A stretch of DNA of 64,000 nucleotides from Eledone cirrhosa (taxonomy: Eukaryota), in assembly GCA_964016885.1 (NCBI GenBank), contig OZ024741.1, positions 380,680,001 through 380,744,000 of the forward strand. Reading direction: 5' to 3'. Position 1 is the first letter of the stretch. The number at the start of each line of letters is the position of its first letter. Both the position numbers and the translations under genes were made by a program. This document shows positions 62,660 through 64,000 of the stretch, in pieces. Under the pieces are notes generated by a model. That model saw only the letters and a list, made by a program, of their open reading frames with translations, was not told the origin of the DNA and searched no databases.

Positions 62660-62962
62660 GAGTGCGATTATGTGTACATGGAAATTTGCTTAAAACTATG
62701 TTATATATATGCTGAAATGTCTCTACACTTACACAAATGTTCACAAATGCCTATTTACATATGGTCATACTCACACATGAATAGATAGCTTTGAGAAAAT
62801 TAATGCTACAAATGGATAGACATTCCTGTGTGCAATTTAAATATATATGAATATATCATCATCATCTTCATTTAACATCTGCATTTCATACTCAATGTGT
62901 ATATAAACATATAAACACAAACACAAAGACTCACATACATACACATACACATCATATATGTG

Positions 62963-62966
<4 letters not shown>

Positions 62967-63016
<50 letters not shown>

Positions 63017-63099
63017 TAATGAGGGAGAGAGAGAGAGAAAGAGAGATAGAGACAGAGAGATGGAGACAGAGATAGAGAGATAATGAGAGAGAGAGATGG

Positions 63100-63150
<51 letters not shown>
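62967..63150. repeat. (GA)n-rich microsatellite
   Basis: Seen directly. Confidence 0.95.
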
Positions 63151-63156
<6 letters not shown>

Positions 63157-63394
63157 GAATTATGTTGCAGTATATTTGTATCAGTGTATTCTCTTTTACA
63201 TATATGTAATCTATAGAATATATACATGCACATCCATATATATATATATAATGTCCAATTTTCCAATACTTTGATTTTGCCAACTTTCTTGGTGCCAAAC
63301 CAGTCTCAGGCAGTCATCTGAGGATGACTTTTCCAAGCTAAAACAAATTCTATATTTGTAAGATTTATTCAGATAAAAGAATTCAAAATTAAGT

Positions 63395-63565
63395 GTGGGT
63401 TAATGTGCCATGTAGCATTTAGGCATGACCTTTATAATCTGAGCTCAAATCCCAGAAGGGTCACATTTGCTTATTATTTGTCTGTGGTCAATAAAATAAT
63501 GTACAATTCAATTTAGTTGACTATACCTGCCACCAGAATATGTGTTTTTGTACCTGTTAGAAATC
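63395..63565 (+). mobile_element. Degenerate ATT-SINE family copy
   Basis: tctgagctcaaatccc...gtcacatttgc...gtcaataaaataatgtac...ttgtacctgttagaaatc. Confidence 0.5.
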
Positions 63566-64000
63566 AATAATTCATTCAAAAAGAATTATGGCTGGATAAC
63601 CACAGAAATATTGGCAGGAGCAGAAAATGAAATTCCGTGAAGATTTTAATTTTGGACATATATGCAAGATGCAAAGATAAGATTGTAGCATCACTTGTGT
63701 CTCTAAATATATATAACCTTGAACCTCAGTTCATGAACTTAATTTGTTGCTGAAGGCAGTTCGTCATCCAAAATGTTTGTAAACCGAAACTATTTTCCCA
63801 TGCAAAATTTTGTGAGAGAAATGCAGAGAGAGAGACTGTGTGAAAGACACATAGATATCACCATAGTAATTAACTACACAGCAAGTGACACTTTCCCACC
63901 AATAATGGCTTGCATGTTCATGACTTGAGACATCGTTTGTAAACTGAGAGGCGTTATGTTGGAAAAGATTGTTTGTGAGTCAATTTATTCATGATGTGAG

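Noticed and set aside
16985-63298. Low-complexity ORFs (poly-N/I, YIYI, SLSL, ERER) and ORFs antisense to LINE ORFs
   Set aside because: They are translations of microsatellites or shadow frames of retrotransposon coding sequence.

Overview
Eukaryotic, AT-rich, repeat-dominated DNA. The SINE and MITE repertoire resembles octopus/cephalopod genomes (inference from recalled repeat families). No host protein-coding exon could be supported, and most short ORFs in the track are microsatellite or antisense artefacts. The centre (~12.2-43.8 kb) is a ~31 kb pile-up of non-LTR retrotransposons separated almost only by (ATT/AAT)n microsatellite. It holds at least three subfamilies of Tx1/L1-clade LINEs (APE + RT, two full-length), five R4/Dong-like RT-RLE copies or fragments, and many copies of one tRNA-derived SINE. 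All follow an orientation rule: Tx1 and the SINE read (ATT)n on their sense strand, and Dong-like copies read (AAT)n. The SINE and the Tx1 subfamilies end in the same small hairpin (CTTGT loop, co-varying stem), and isolated SINE insertions have target-site duplications starting ATTATT. This points to an ATT-targeting Tx1 LINE/SINE partnership whose tails regenerate the shared target. The flanks contain RTE LINEs (one next to a SINE sharing its 3' tail), Penelope-like RT relics, TTAA-type MITEs, and small (TA)n-flanked elements with minimal hammerhead ribozyme motifs. Boundaries were read by eye and are approximate to a few bases unless stated.
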